Assembly: GCA_943788405.1 (NCBI GenBank)
Contig: CALSQD010000002.1
Location: 1,325,701 to 1,389,700 of the forward strand
Direction of reading: 5' to 3'
Source of the DNA: an uncultured Flavobacteriales bacterium
GTDB taxonomy: Bacteria > Bacteroidota > Bacteroidia > Flavobacteriales > BACL11
DNA length: 64,000 nt
A program made the position numbers and the translations under genes. The stretch's first letter is position 1. Each line of letters starts with the position of its first letter. Below the pieces are notes generated by a model that was given only the letters and a program-made list of their open reading frames with translations, was not told the DNA's origin and did no database searches. Positions 40,455 to 51,395 of this stretch are shown here, piece after piece.

Positions 40455-41164
40455 TACAATAACTCTTTATATAATTCTATTGTTTTTTCCAAACCAAAAT
40501 AAAGCGCATCACTAATCAATGCATGTCCAATTGACACCTCAGCCAATTCAGGAATTTTTTCAGAAAAATAAGCCAAGTTTTCTAAACTTAAATCGTGCCC
40601 TGCATTTATTCCTAGTCCTAACTCAGTTGCTTTTTTTGCACACAATATATAAGGAGCAATTGCTTTTTCTTTATCACCAATATATTGACTAGCATAGTCC
40701 TCAGTATATAATTCTATTCTATCTGTACCACATAATTTTGCTCCCTCAATCATTTCTAATTTAGGGTCAACAAAAATGGATGTACGAATACCATGCTCTT
40801 TAAATTCTGAAATAATTTCCTTTAAATAATCCTGAAATTTTATTGTATCCCAACCTGCACAAGAAGTTAGTACATCAGGGCCATCAGGAACTAGAGTAAC
40901 CTGTTCTGGCATTATGTCAATTACCATTTTAATAAAGTCTACTGAAGGATAGCCTTCAATATTATACTCAGTATTAATTATTGGTTTTATATCCAGCACA
41001 TCCTTTCTAGTAATATGCCTTTCATCTGGCCTTGGATGAATTGTTATACCATCAGCCCCAAAAGACTGGCACTGTATTGCAGCCTCAACTACTGAGGGCA
41101 ACACACCTCCTCTAGCATTTCGGATAGTTGCAATCTTATTTATATTTACACTGAGTTTTGTCAT
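40454..41164 (-). CDS. pdxJ: Pyridoxine 5'-phosphate synthase
   Basis: 236 aa. It has the PdxJ blocks LSVNINKIATIRNARGG, GITIHPRPDERHI, NAGHDL and EVSIGHALI. Confidence 0.95.
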   Translation of the reverse strand: MTKLSVNINKIATIRNARGGVLPSVVEAAIQCQSFGADGITIHPRPDERHITRKDVLDIKPIINTEYNIEGYPSVDFIKMVIDIMPEQVTLVPDGPDVLTSCAGWDTIKFQDYLKEIISEFKEHGIRTSIFVDPKLEMIEGAKLCGTDRIELYTEDYASQYIGDKEKAIAPYILCAKKATELGLGINAGHDLSLENLAYFSEKIPELAEVSIGHALISDALYFGLEKTIELYKELL

Positions 41165-41198
41165 AGGCTACAAAAGTAAAAAATAGTATGTTTGCCCT

Positions 41199-41861
41199 AT
41201 GCAAGCAAGCAAATTAATTTCATCCTCTCTAGTTAGCCTTCATCCTGATGATGATGGAGATAGAGCTTTATCCTTAATGGATGAATTAAGAGTTAATCAT
41301 CTTGCAGTAGTAAGGAACTCTTTTTACCTAGGGATATTATCCGAAAAAGAAATTTTAAGCTGGAATAATACTGATGAATTTATTGATGAGCATTTAGCTG
41401 AACTTGCCGCACCATCAGTAATTGGGTCCCAACATCTATTTGATATTTTACAAACTGTAGAGCTTAATAACCTAAGCATTATCCCTGTTTTAGACGAAAA
41501 GAAACATTATTTAGGTGCTATCACTAACCGAAAACTACTTTACACAGTTGCAAAAAGCACAGGCGTACAAAGTATTGGTGGTATGATTGTACTTAAGATG
41601 AAAGAAAATGATTATTCCATGAGTGAAATTGCTAGGATTGTGGAAGAAAATGACACAAAGATTTTAAGTTCTTACATTACTTCAATCCCAAATTCACAAG
41701 TCCTAGAACTTACTTTAAAATTAAATAAAGTAGACATCACAGCAATTGTAAAAGATTTTGAACGCTTTGATTATACAATCACAGCATCATACAATAGAGA
41801 TGAAAATGATGATGACTTTCTTGATAGATACGAATCATTAATGCGATTTTTAAATCCATAA
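41199..41861 (+). CDS. CBS-domain pair protein
   Basis: 220 aa. It has two CBS-like modules (…LRVNHLAVV… and …SIIPVLDEKKHYLGAIT…). Confidence 0.75.
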   Translation: MQASKLISSSLVSLHPDDDGDRALSLMDELRVNHLAVVRNSFYLGILSEKEILSWNNTDEFIDEHLAELAAPSVIGSQHLFDILQTVELNNLSIIPVLDEKKHYLGAITNRKLLYTVAKSTGVQSIGGMIVLKMKENDYSMSEIARIVEENDTKILSSYITSIPNSQVLELTLKLNKVDITAIVKDFERFDYTITASYNRDENDDDFLDRYESLMRFLNP

Positions 41862-41862
41862 A

Positions 41863-43236
41863 ATGAGATATACATTACTCTTTTTAGTGCTGTTAGTTTT
41901 TAGCACAAAAGCTCAAGCACAAATTACTGTTTCCTCTATCAACATAAATGGGAATATCAAAACACAAAACGACATTATTTTAAGGGAACTTTCTTTTGAA
42001 GAAAATGAAAAGTATTCCCTAGAAGAATTATCAAAAAAACTTACAGAAAGCAAAGAAAATTTAGTCAATTTAAAACTATTTAATTTTGTAGAGATATCAC
42101 AAGTTGAAAAAGAAAATACAGTAGAAATTACTGTTGATGTTATTGAAAAATGGTACATCTGGCCTTATCCAGTATTCGAAATTTCTGAGCGTAACTTTAA
42201 TACTTGGTGGCAAGAATTCTCTGAAAATAACTATTCTGACTTTTCTCGCTTGAACTATGGAATATTTTTCAATTGGGAGAATTTTAGAGGCCGAAATGAA
42301 CTCCTAAAATTAAAAATAAGAAAGGGATTTAAAGAACATTACCTATTAGCATATGAAGCGCCCTATTTCAACAGAAATAAAACTATAGGAATCAATACAG
42401 AATTACAATTTTTCAGAAGAAAGAAAGTACATTACGCTACCCAAAATAACAATTTGCAATACTTTGAAAATGATGACTACAGCAGTATTGATTATGATTT
42501 AAATACTGAAATAGTTTACAGAAATAATATCCATCAAAAACACAAGTTAAAATTCACCTACCTTAAATCAACTATTAATAATTCCATTGCTATCCTAAAC
42601 CCTAATTACCTAGGAAATAGTAAAACAACTGTTATTGCATTTAATCTTAAATACTCTTTTAATTATGAAAAGCGAGACTATACAGTCTACCCTTTGCATG
42701 GACATGCATTTAATTTTTCAGCTAAAAAATACTTTTCTAGTGATATTAAACACACAGAAATACTTTCAAAAGTTGAAAAGTATATTGAACCTATCAATCG
42801 CTTATTCATTGGCTCAAGCTTTAAAGCAAAATACAGCACTGAAGGAGAGCAACCTTATTTCATGCAAAACGCTTTAGGCTTTCAGGATTATGTAAGAAGC
42901 TATGAATATTATGTTGTAGACGGACAAAGCTATTGGCTATCCAAAACAGCTGTTAAATATGCCTTAATTGAAAAGACAACTTTTGATATTCCTTATGTAA
43001 AAATGAAGCAATTTAACAAATCTCATTACTCCTTATATTTAGGGGTGTTTTCTGATTTAGGGTATGTCAGGAATGAACACGATCAAAAGCAAAACCCACT
43101 TAATAATTCCTTATTATGGGGGAAAGGAATAGCTATTGATTATATTACTTATTACGATAAATTATTAAGAATTGAGTATTCAGTAAACGGATTAGGCGAA
43201 AAAGGAGTATTTTTACATTTCTCAAGTCCATTTTGA
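41863..43236 (+). CDS. BamA/TamA-like outer-membrane protein (single POTRA domain plus surface-antigen barrel)
   Basis: 457 aa. It has a signal peptide, a POTRA-like ININGNIKTQNDIILRELSFEENEKYS segment, a beta-barrel region and a C-terminal ...VFLHFSSPF. Confidence 0.65.
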   Translation: MRYTLLFLVLLVFSTKAQAQITVSSININGNIKTQNDIILRELSFEENEKYSLEELSKKLTESKENLVNLKLFNFVEISQVEKENTVEITVDVIEKWYIWPYPVFEISERNFNTWWQEFSENNYSDFSRLNYGIFFNWENFRGRNELLKLKIRKGFKEHYLLAYEAPYFNRNKTIGINTELQFFRRKKVHYATQNNNLQYFENDDYSSIDYDLNTEIVYRNNIHQKHKLKFTYLKSTINNSIAILNPNYLGNSKTTVIAFNLKYSFNYEKRDYTVYPLHGHAFNFSAKKYFSSDIKHTEILSKVEKYIEPINRLFIGSSFKAKYSTEGEQPYFMQNALGFQDYVRSYEYYVVDGQSYWLSKTAVKYALIEKTTFDIPYVKMKQFNKSHYSLYLGVFSDLGYVRNEHDQKQNPLNNSLLWGKGIAIDYITYYDKLLRIEYSVNGLGEKGVFLHFSSPF

Positions 43237-43250
43237 TAAAAAACTAAATT

Positions 43251-44129
43251 ATGACAATTGCAATTTTTGGAAGTCCGTATCCTGAACATTTCAGCAAATA
43301 TATTCAGCACCTAATTAAAAAATTAGAAACTGAACACATTAACCTTATTGTTGAAGAAGATTTTAGTGTTTTTTTAAAAAATAATATTCGTTTCAATAAA
43401 GAAATTAGCACTTTTAATAGTTATGAAACCTTAAAAAATAAAGCTGATTTTTTATTCAGTATTGGAGGGGATGGAACGCTACTAAAAGCTGTAACTTATG
43501 TGCGAGAAACTGATGTGCCTATTTTAGGAATCAACACAGGAAGACTTGGTTTCATATCTAGTGTTTCAGCTGATCAAATTGATGATGCAATAACGGATAT
43601 CTTAAAAGGAAATTATAAAATAAATGAGCGTACCTTACTTGAATTAAGCACAGATAAGAAATTATTTAAGGACAAAAACTTTGCACTTAATGAGGTTGCT
43701 GTATCTAAAAAAGATACCTCCTCAATGATTCGTATTGATGCCTTTGTTGATGATGAATTCTTGAATACTTATTGGGCAGATGGATTAGTAGTTTCTACTC
43801 CAACAGGCTCAACAGGATATTCGTTAAGTTGTGGAGGTCCAATTATTATGCCAGGAACAAATAATATTATTATTACTCCGAATGCACCACACAATTTAAA
43901 TGTACGCCCAATTGTTATTGATGACAATAGCACTATTAAACTTAAAGTAGAAGATAGAGACCAATTAGCACTTGTATCCTTAGATTCTAGATCAAGAGCT
44001 TTTGATGCTGAAACGGAACTTATAATTAGAAAAGCCGATTTTAAAATAAAACTAGTACAACCTCAAAACAATTCCTTTACAACAACCATAAGGCATAAGC
44101 TAATGTGGGGATTAGATAAAAGAAGCTAA
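43251..44129 (+). CDS. nadK: NAD kinase
   Basis: 292 aa. It has the GGDGT motif (SIGGDGTLL), the NTGRLGF motif and the STPTGSTGYSLSCGGPI motif. Confidence 0.95.
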   Translation: MTIAIFGSPYPEHFSKYIQHLIKKLETEHINLIVEEDFSVFLKNNIRFNKEISTFNSYETLKNKADFLFSIGGDGTLLKAVTYVRETDVPILGINTGRLGFISSVSADQIDDAITDILKGNYKINERTLLELSTDKKLFKDKNFALNEVAVSKKDTSSMIRIDAFVDDEFLNTYWADGLVVSTPTGSTGYSLSCGGPIIMPGTNNIIITPNAPHNLNVRPIVIDDNSTIKLKVEDRDQLALVSLDSRSRAFDAETELIIRKADFKIKLVQPQNNSFTTTIRHKLMWGLDKRS

Positions 44130-44182
44130 GAATCCTACCTTAAACCCTCAGAATAAGTATATTTGCAAATTATTGATAAATC

Positions 44183-45043
44183 ATGATTATGAAAAGCTAT
44201 ATCTCACCAGTTCAAAAGATTAAAACACTTCTTATCCTAGTTGCTTTTATTGGGTTAGGATTTAATGCAAATGCTCAATACAAAGAAAACACTGAAGTTG
44301 GCTTTATGGGAGGGGTTTCTTACTACTTAGGAGATTTGAACACAACACATTTTAACAGCTCAAAAGCAATGGGAGGAATAGTTGTTAGAAAAAATATAGA
44401 TAGACGTTTTTCTTACAAAGCTGAATTAATGTACCTAAATATTGCGGCTGATGACAGAAATAACTCTACTGACACTATTGCCATTAACAGAGGTCTACAT
44501 TTTAAATCCCCCGTCTATGAACTTTCAGGTCAGATTGAATTTAATTTCTTACCCTATGAACCGGGCAATGCACTCTACACCTGGACTCCATTTGTTTATA
44601 CCGGAGTATCTCTTTTTCATTTCAATCCTCAAGCGGAAAATACAACTGGAGAATGGGTAGATTTACAAGAATTAGGAACTGAAGGGCAAGGAACATCACT
44701 TTTCTCAAACAGAAGCAAATACGCTTTAATGCAATTTGCAATACCTATGGGAGGTGGGCTTAAGATTGCCGTAAATCCTTCTTTTAACATTATTTTGGAA
44801 TATGGTATTCGTAAAACATTTACGGATTATTTGGATGATGTAAGCACAACTTTTGTGGGTGGAAATGGAGAACCGTATCCTTTAGAAATGACGAGAGAGG
44901 CTATTGAACTCTCAGATCCTTTAGGCACTCATAAGAAGGCCCAACAAAGAGGTGGCCCTAACAACAAAAATGATTGGTATTCTTTTGCTGGAATTACTTT
45001 ATCTTTCAAACTAAACAACCAAACCAAAGGTTGCGATTACTAA
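44183..45043 (+). CDS. Outer-membrane beta-barrel protein (resembles DUF6089, the conserved neighbour of uppS in Flavobacteriia)
   Basis: 286 aa. It has a signal peptide (…FNANAQ) and beta-barrel-like composition. The family name is from memory only. Confidence 0.6.
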   Translation: MIMKSYISPVQKIKTLLILVAFIGLGFNANAQYKENTEVGFMGGVSYYLGDLNTTHFNSSKAMGGIVVRKNIDRRFSYKAELMYLNIAADDRNNSTDTIAINRGLHFKSPVYELSGQIEFNFLPYEPGNALYTWTPFVYTGVSLFHFNPQAENTTGEWVDLQELGTEGQGTSLFSNRSKYALMQFAIPMGGGLKIAVNPSFNIILEYGIRKTFTDYLDDVSTTFVGGNGEPYPLEMTREAIELSDPLGTHKKAQQRGGPNNKNDWYSFAGITLSFKLNNQTKGCDY

Positions 45044-45064
45044 ATTCTATTTCAGTAAAATTCT

Positions 45065-45787
45065 ATGGAAGAAATAGATAAAGATAACTTACCAAAACAT
45101 ATTGCCATTACCATGGACGGAAATGGTAGATGGGCAAAAACAAAAGGGAAACTAAGAGTTTTTGGACACAAAAATGGTGTAAAAGCAGTACGCGATACTG
45201 TTGAGGGAGCAGCTGAAATTGGCATTAAATACCTTACGCTTTATGCTTTTTCAACTGAAAACTGGAATCGTCCTGAAAAAGAAGTAAATGCTTTAATGAC
45301 CCTTTTAGTTTCAGCAATTAACAAAGAAACTAAAACCTTAATGGATAATAATATCCGATTGAGTGCTATTGGTGATATTGAGAAACTACCTTCAAAAGCT
45401 CAAACAGAGTTACAAGAAGCAATAGAAAAAACAAAGGATAATACACGCATGACTTTGGTGCTAGCATTAAGCTATAGTAGTAGGTGGGAAATCTTAAATG
45501 CAGTACGAAACATCATTAAAGATGGAAAAAAAGCTGAAGAAATAAATGAAACTACTTTTCAGCAATATCTAACTACAAAAAGCGTTCCTGACCCTGAATT
45601 ACTCATAAGAACAAGTGGAGAATATAGAATAAGTAATTTCCTTTTATGGCAAATTGCTTATTCCGAACTCTATTTTACAGATACACTTTGGCCTGATTTT
45701 AGAAGAACTGATCTATACAAAGCAATATTGAATTATCAAAATAGAGAAAGAAGATTTGGAAAAACAACAGAACAATTACAAAAATAG
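45065..45787 (+). CDS. uppS: Isoprenyl transferase (undecaprenyl-diphosphate synthase)
   Basis: 240 aa. It has the motifs [22 protein letters not shown] and [24 protein letters not shown]. Confidence 0.95.
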   Translation: MEEIDKDNLPKHIAITMDGNGRWAKTKGKLRVFGHKNGVKAVRDTVEGAAEIGIKYLTLYAFSTENWNRPEKEVNALMTLLVSAINKETKTLMDNNIRLSAIGDIEKLPSKAQTELQEAIEKTKDNTRMTLVLALSYSSRWEILNAVRNIIKDGKKAEEINETTFQQYLTTKSVPDPELLIRTSGEYRISNFLLWQIAYSELYFTDTLWPDFRRTDLYKAILNYQNRERRFGKTTEQLQK

Positions 45788-45791
45788 AATT

Positions 45792-48305
45792 TTGAAAAAA
45801 TTTGCACTCATATTATTAAGCTTCCTAAGTATAAATCTTAGCGCACAAACAACTGAAAAAATAGACTATTCTAATCCAAAAAGCTATGAGATTGGAGGAA
45901 TTATGGTAAAAGGTGCTGACAACTTAAATAACAGTACACTAATAACTATCTCAGGGTTAACTGTAGGAGAAAATATTACAATTCCTAGTGACAATATTAG
46001 CCAGGCTATCCTAAAACTATGGAAAGAAGGCTTATTCTCAGATGTAGATATTACAATTGAAAAAATAGTAGAAAACACTGTATTTTTAAACATCAATCTA
46101 GTAGAAAATAGTCGCCTATCTAAGTTTAAGTTTAAAGGAAAAATAAGTAAGTCAGACATTACTACTTTAAAAGAAGATTTAAAGTTAATGAGAGGAAAAA
46201 TCCTTACTCAAAACTTAATAAACAATAGTACTAACCTTATTAAAACCTATTACATCAATAAAGGGTTTTTAAATGTTAATGTAGGTTACATTACTACTAT
46301 TGATTCTGCTACAGCAAATTCTAAAAATCTAATTTTTAACATCAATAAAGGGAAAAAAGTTAAGATAAAAGAAATAAAAATAATTGGAAGAAGTAAAACT
46401 GTAAATACCAATAAAACTTTCCTAAACAGAAAAGATACTATCTATGCCTTAAGCGATAAAAAGGTAAAAAGAAGTATGAAAGAAACCAAAGCAAAAAATT
46501 GGTGGCGTATCTTCAAAGTTTCAAAATTTATTGATGATAATTATACTGATGATAAAGCAAAACTTATCGCAAAATATAATGAGGTAGGATACAGAGATGC
46601 GCGTATCACAAAAGATACAACCTACCTGAATAAGGATAACACCCTAAGTATTGAGATTACGATTAATGAAGGAGAGCCTTATAAATTTGGTAAAATTAAT
46701 TTTGTAGGGAACAAAGTTTATTCTTCCGAAAAACTAAAGCTACAATTAGGAATTAAAGAAGGAGATATTTTTGATCAATCTATTTTAGATGCCCGTTTAT
46801 TTGGAAGTCCTGATGGAAATGACATCAGTTCACTTTATTTGGATGATGGTTATTTATTTTTTAATGCTACACCTGTTGAGGTGGCTGCCAATAACAGAAA
46901 CATTGACCTTGAAATTAGAGTTTATGAAGGGAAACAAGCACGAGTAAATAAAGTAATGATTAAAGGGAATACTAAAACTAATGACCATGTGATTATGCGT
47001 GAGATTCGTACTCGTCCTGGAGATTTATTTAAGCGTTCCGACATTATGCGTTCACAAAGAGAATTATCTCAAATGGCCTTTTTTGACCCAGAAGCATTTG
47101 ATGTAAAAGTAGAGCCAGATCCTGCAAGAAATGAAGTGGATATTACCTATGTACTTGCTGAAAAATCAGCTTCACAAATTCAATTACAAGGAGGTTGGGG
47201 TGCAAACAGAATAGTAGGATCTTTAAATTTAGTATTTGATAATTTCTCAACAAAAAATATCCTTAATGGAAGAAGCTGGAAGCCATTACCATCAGGAGAT
47301 GGGCAAAGACTAGCCTTAACTGCATCTTCTAATGGAGCTTATTATCAAAACTACAATATTTCATTTACTGAACCATGGTTAGGAGGTAAAAAACCAAATG
47401 CTTTAACCGTTTCACTTTATAAATCAGTATCATCTAACGGGCAAGAAGGCGATAACAGAGAGGCAATTGAAATACTTGGACTAACAGTTGGATTAGGGAA
47501 AAGATTAAAATATCCTGATGACTATTTTACAATTTATAACGGAATTAATTTCCAACAATATAAATTAGTTAATTCTCAATCCTTTTTCACTTTTAAAGAT
47601 GGATTTTCTAATAATGTAAATTACAATATCCGTTTAGGAAGAAATTCGGTTGACCAATTAATTTTCCCAAGAAGAGGGTCTAATTTCTCATTGAGTTTGA
47701 AAGTTACACCTCCTTTTTCAATGTTTGACGGAATAGAAGATTACAGCACAGAAAGTGATCAAGAGAAATTCAAATTTATTGAATACTACAAGTGGAAATA
47801 CAAATCATCATGGTATTCAGCTTTCACTGACAAGTTAGTATTAGCCACAAAAATAGAAATGGGATTACTAGGTGCTTACAATAATAATTTAGGTGTAGCT
47901 CCTTTCGAAAGATTCTATGTTGGTGGTGATGGGTTAAGCGGAATGGGAATGGTATATGATGGTAGAGAACTTATCTCGTTAAGAGGATACAGCAATAACT
48001 CTATTTCACCACAAACAGGAGCAACAATTTACAACAAATACACTACTGAACTTAGGTATGCTTTAAGCTTAAATCCAAGCTCAACTATTTATGCTTTAGG
48101 GTTTATGGAGGCTGGAAATGCTTGGGATAATTTTGATAATTTTAATCCTTTTGGGGTTAAGCGTTCAGCAGGATTCGGAGTTAGAATAATGTTACCAATG
48201 ATAGGTATGATGGGACTTGACTATGGATGGGGACTTGATGATATTTCTGGAAAACCAGATGCAAATGGTGGTCAGTTCCATTTCTCAATAGGTCAACAAT
48301 TTTAA
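45792..48305 (+). CDS. bamA: Outer-membrane protein assembly factor BamA
   Basis: It has five POTRA-like repeats and a C-terminal Omp85 barrel (…GQFHFSIGQQF). I favour TTG 45792, giving (M)KKFALILLSFLSINLSAQ as a classic signal peptide just after the uppS stop. The ORF-track start at 45756 overlaps uppS by 32 nt. Confidence 0.9.
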   Translation: MKKFALILLSFLSINLSAQTTEKIDYSNPKSYEIGGIMVKGADNLNNSTLITISGLTVGENITIPSDNISQAILKLWKEGLFSDVDITIEKIVENTVFLNINLVENSRLSKFKFKGKISKSDITTLKEDLKLMRGKILTQNLINNSTNLIKTYYINKGFLNVNVGYITTIDSATANSKNLIFNINKGKKVKIKEIKIIGRSKTVNTNKTFLNRKDTIYALSDKKVKRSMKETKAKNWWRIFKVSKFIDDNYTDDKAKLIAKYNEVGYRDARITKDTTYLNKDNTLSIEITINEGEPYKFGKINFVGNKVYSSEKLKLQLGIKEGDIFDQSILDARLFGSPDGNDISSLYLDDGYLFFNATPVEVAANNRNIDLEIRVYEGKQARVNKVMIKGNTKTNDHVIMREIRTRPGDLFKRSDIMRSQRELSQMAFFDPEAFDVKVEPDPARNEVDITYVLAEKSASQIQLQGGWGANRIVGSLNLVFDNFSTKNILNGRSWKPLPSGDGQRLALTASSNGAYYQNYNISFTEPWLGGKKPNALTVSLYKSVSSNGQEGDNREAIEILGLTVGLGKRLKYPDDYFTIYNGINFQQYKLVNSQSFFTFKDGFSNNVNYNIRLGRNSVDQLIFPRRGSNFSLSLKVTPPFSMFDGIEDYSTESDQEKFKFIEYYKWKYKSSWYSAFTDKLVLATKIEMGLLGAYNNNLGVAPFERFYVGGDGLSGMGMVYDGRELISLRGYSNNSISPQTGATIYNKYTTELRYALSLNPSSTIYALGFMEAGNAWDNFDNFNPFGVKRSAGFGVRIMLPMIGMMGLDYGWGLDDISGKPDANGGQFHFSIGQQF

Positions 48306-48333
48306 TTAGATTTGTAAACTGAAAATTTCAATT

Positions 48334-48840
48334 ATGAAAAAAATACTTTTAATACTAGCCGTTAGTTTTTTGGCAACAACTACACAAGCACAAAAATTTG
48401 CTTATGTGGATACTGATTACATCCTTAATAAAATTCCTGATTTTAAACAAGCACAGGATAAACTTGATGCACTTTCAGCTGATTGGCAAAAAGAAATTGA
48501 AAATAAATATGCTGATGTTGAGCAAATGTATCGTACTTATCAGCAGGAGCAAGTTTTACTTACTGACGAGATGAAAGTAAAAAGAGAAGATGCTATCATT
48601 AAAAAGGAAACAGCTGCTAAAAATTTACAGCAAAAATACTTTGGTCCTGAAGGAGAATTGTACATCAAAAGGCAAGAACTAATAAAGCCTATTCAGGACA
48701 AAATATATGATGCTATTCAGCAGTTAGCTGCTAACAATAAATACGCTATCGTTTTTGATAGCTCAAGTGACTTAATTATGATTTACAAAAACAACAACTT
48801 GGACAAAAGCGACAAGGTGCTTGACCTAATGGGCTACTAA
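48334..48840 (+). CDS. OmpH/Skp-family periplasmic chaperone
   Basis: 168 aa. It has a signal peptide, a coiled-coil-rich body and the KFAYVDTDYIL start typical of OmpH. It follows bamA. Confidence 0.85.
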   Translation: MKKILLILAVSFLATTTQAQKFAYVDTDYILNKIPDFKQAQDKLDALSADWQKEIENKYADVEQMYRTYQQEQVLLTDEMKVKREDAIIKKETAAKNLQQKYFGPEGELYIKRQELIKPIQDKIYDAIQQLAANNKYAIVFDSSSDLIMIYKNNNLDKSDKVLDLMGY

Positions 48841-48882
48841 TAAATACTAACAACAACTAAAACAACAATAACAAACAACAAC

Positions 48883-49380
48883 ATGAAGAAAATTACCTTT
48901 TTAGCACTTTTAAGTGTACTTACTTTAAGCTCAATGGCTCAAAACAAATTTGGACACATTGATTCGCAAGAACTTTTAATATTAATGCCTGAACGCAAAA
49001 CAGCAGAAACTGAAGTGCAAAACTTTGCAAAAAGTTTAGAAGCTCAATTGGGTTCAATGACGGCTGAATACCAACAAAGTGTACAGGAGTACCAAGCTAA
49101 TGAAGCAACCTATACTGATTTAGTAAAACAAGATAAGATTGCTGAAATTACTGGGTTAGAGCAGAGAATTCAAGCATTTCAACAAAATGCACAACAATCT
49201 TTACAAACTAAAGAGCAAGAATTGTTAGAGCCAATATTGGCAAAAGCAAGACAAGCTATTGAAGATGTAGCTACTGAAGGAAATTACACTTATATTTTTG
49301 ACAAAAGCATTGGTTCTATCCTTTATGCTAAGGATAGCGAAAATGTACTTGACTTAGTAAAAAAGAAATTAGGACTTTAA
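48883..49380 (+). CDS. OmpH/Skp-family periplasmic chaperone (second copy)
   Basis: 165 aa. It has a signal peptide, the KFGHIDSQELL start and a Q/E-rich coiled coil. Confidence 0.85.
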   Translation: MKKITFLALLSVLTLSSMAQNKFGHIDSQELLILMPERKTAETEVQNFAKSLEAQLGSMTAEYQQSVQEYQANEATYTDLVKQDKIAEITGLEQRIQAFQQNAQQSLQTKEQELLEPILAKARQAIEDVATEGNYTYIFDKSIGSILYAKDSENVLDLVKKKLGL

Positions 49381-49405
49381 TTTAAACGATTAAATCCATC
49401 ATTTT

Positions 49406-49434
49406 AAAAAGCATCTTTATAAGGTGCTTTTTTT
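49406..49434 (+). terminator. Rho-independent terminator after the second ompH
   Basis: AAAAAGCATC-TTTATAA-GGTGCTTTTT is followed by a T-run. The stem contains one G-U pair. It overlaps the GTG (49424) used by the ORF track for murI. Confidence 0.6.
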
Positions 49435-49447
49435 ATATCTTTATCTC

Positions 49448-50248
49448 ATGAAAAATTCTCCTATTGGAATATTTGATTCTGGCATTGGCGGGCTTACCAT
49501 TGCCCATGCTTTAAAAGGAAAATTACCGAATGAGAATATCATCTATTTTGGAGATACTGAGCATTTGCCTTATGGTGAAAAGTCCAAAACTGCTATTCAG
49601 AATTTCAGCAAGAAAATCACTCAATTCCTATTAGAAAAGGAATGTAAAATCATCATAATTGCTTGTAATAGTGCGTCCTCTGTTGCTTTTAATTGTGTGC
49701 AAGAATTAGCTGGAAATACTCCTGTATTTAATGTAATAAATCCTGTAGTAGCTGAAGTAGTAAAACAATGTGCTGAATATAATATTGGTGTAATTGGCAC
49801 AAAAGCAACTATACAATCTGATATTTATGAAAAAGAGATAAAAGCCCTTTGTAGTTCTGCTGAAGTTTCATCATTAGCTACTCCACTTTTGGCACCTATG
49901 ATTGAGGAAGGCTTCATAAATGAAGATATTAGCCATACCATTATTGCAAATTATTTATCGAACCCAAAACTAGCTGAAATTGACCATTTGATATTGGCTT
50001 GTACGCATTACCCTTTAATTCATCAGGAAATTAAAAATTATTACAAAGGAAAAGTGAATGTAATTGATTCAGCAAATATAGTGGCTGAACACATTGCCAA
50101 ACAGCTCAAAAAAGATAATCTGTTGAATAATAGCAAGGCAACTGAACATCATTTTTATGTTTCCAATTACACGGAATCTTTTGAGAAAAGTGCTAAATTC
50201 TTTTTTCAGGAGGACTTAAAGTTAGAAGAAATTAATCTTTGGGCTTAA
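49448..50248 (+). CDS. murI: Glutamate racemase
   Basis: It has the motifs IGIFDSGIGGLT, ACNSAS and ACTHYP. ATG 49448 is preferred because GTG 49424 lies inside the upstream terminator. Confidence 0.92.
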   Translation: MKNSPIGIFDSGIGGLTIAHALKGKLPNENIIYFGDTEHLPYGEKSKTAIQNFSKKITQFLLEKECKIIIIACNSASSVAFNCVQELAGNTPVFNVINPVVAEVVKQCAEYNIGVIGTKATIQSDIYEKEIKALCSSAEVSSLATPLLAPMIEEGFINEDISHTIIANYLSNPKLAEIDHLILACTHYPLIHQEIKNYYKGKVNVIDSANIVAEHIAKQLKKDNLLNNSKATEHHFYVSNYTESFEKSAKFFFQEDLKLEEINLWA

Positions 50249-50760
50249 CCCTTAAACCAAGAAGAATACATCACATAATTATTGGATATTCCTTCAATTA
50301 AACGGCCAGTTTGTTCGGCATTTAATTCCTTTACTTTTTTAGCTGGAACTCCTGCATAAATTGTTCCTGATTCAATATGAGTTCCTTCTAAGACTACTGC
50401 TCCTGCTGCAATAATAGAATTACTTTCCACCACTACTCTATCCATTACAATTGCGCCCATGCCAACCAACACATTATCATGAATTGTGCAACCGTGAACC
50501 AAAGCATTATGGCCAACTGATACATTATTTCCTAAAATAGTTGCTGCTTTTTGATAAGTACAGTGAATAACAGCACCATCCTGAATATTTACTTTATTTC
50601 CCATCTTTATAGAATTAACATCCCCCCTTACTACTGCTGAAAACCAAATACTACAATCATTACCCATAGTTACTTCACCAACTACTGTAGCATTTTCTGC
50701 TAGATATACATTCTCACCAAAAACAGGACTCTTACCTTTTACACTTTTTATCAATGCCAT
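50245..50760 (-). CDS. Gamma-carbonic-anhydrase-like / hexapeptide-repeat protein (YrdA/PaaY family)
   Basis: It has a left-handed beta-helix hexapeptide pattern (GDVNSIKMGNKVNIQDGAVIH...GHNALVHGCTI). I place the start at ATG 50760 (MALIKSVKGK...). Confidence 0.85.
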   Translation of the reverse strand: MALIKSVKGKSPVFGENVYLAENATVVGEVTMGNDCSIWFSAVVRGDVNSIKMGNKVNIQDGAVIHCTYQKAATILGNNVSVGHNALVHGCTIHDNVLVGMGAIVMDRVVVESNSIIAAGAVVLEGTHIESGTIYAGVPAKKVKELNAEQTGRLIEGISNNYVMYSSWFKG

Positions 50761-50798
50761 AGTATTATTGTTTGTATTTTTGCACAAAAGTAAACATT

Positions 50799-51395
50799 AT
50801 GAATTATAGTATATATGCTGAGAGCACTCCAAATCCTGGAGTGATGAAATTTGTTGCTAACCGAATGTTAGTTGATAAAAGTATTGAAATTACTAAGGCT
50901 GAACAAGCCAAAGATATTTCTATTGCAAAAGCCTTATTTAATTTCCCTTTTGTAAAAAGTTTATACTTAAGTTCTAACTTTATTTCTGTTGCTAAAACTG
51001 AAAATGTGGAATGGGATATGATTGCTATGCAGTTGCGCATATTTATTGCTGATTTTTTAAATGAAGAAGGATTAAAAAATTACACTGAACATATTTCAGA
51101 AGAAGAAATTATAAAGGAAGAAGTAAAAGAAAAAGAAGTTGTAGAGGAAAAAATTAGTTTCACTGAAAAGGAAGAAGCAATAATCGACCTTTTGAATGAA
51201 TACATAAAACCTGCTGTTGAATCAGATGGTGGGGCAATTACTTTCCATTCCTATGTTGGGGATGTAGTAACCGTTAATTTAAAAGGAGCTTGTAGTGGTT
51301 GCCCATCATCTACAAGTACTTTAAAAGGTGGAATTGAAAGTTTACTTAACCAAAAAGTAGACCCAAATATTGTGGTTCGCGCAAATGAACAATAG
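50799..51395 (+). CDS. NifU/Nfu-family Fe-S scaffold protein (Nfu_N domain plus NifU C-terminal domain)
   Basis: It has the N-terminal ESTPNPGVMKF motif and the C-terminal GACSGCPSS motif. I place the start at ATG 50799. A TATTTTTG -7 box lies at 50775-50782. Confidence 0.85.
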   Translation: MNYSIYAESTPNPGVMKFVANRMLVDKSIEITKAEQAKDISIAKALFNFPFVKSLYLSSNFISVAKTENVEWDMIAMQLRIFIADFLNEEGLKNYTEHISEEEIIKEEVKEKEVVEEKISFTEKEEAIIDLLNEYIKPAVESDGGAITFHSYVGDVVTVNLKGACSGCPSSTSTLKGGIESLLNQKVDPNIVVRANEQ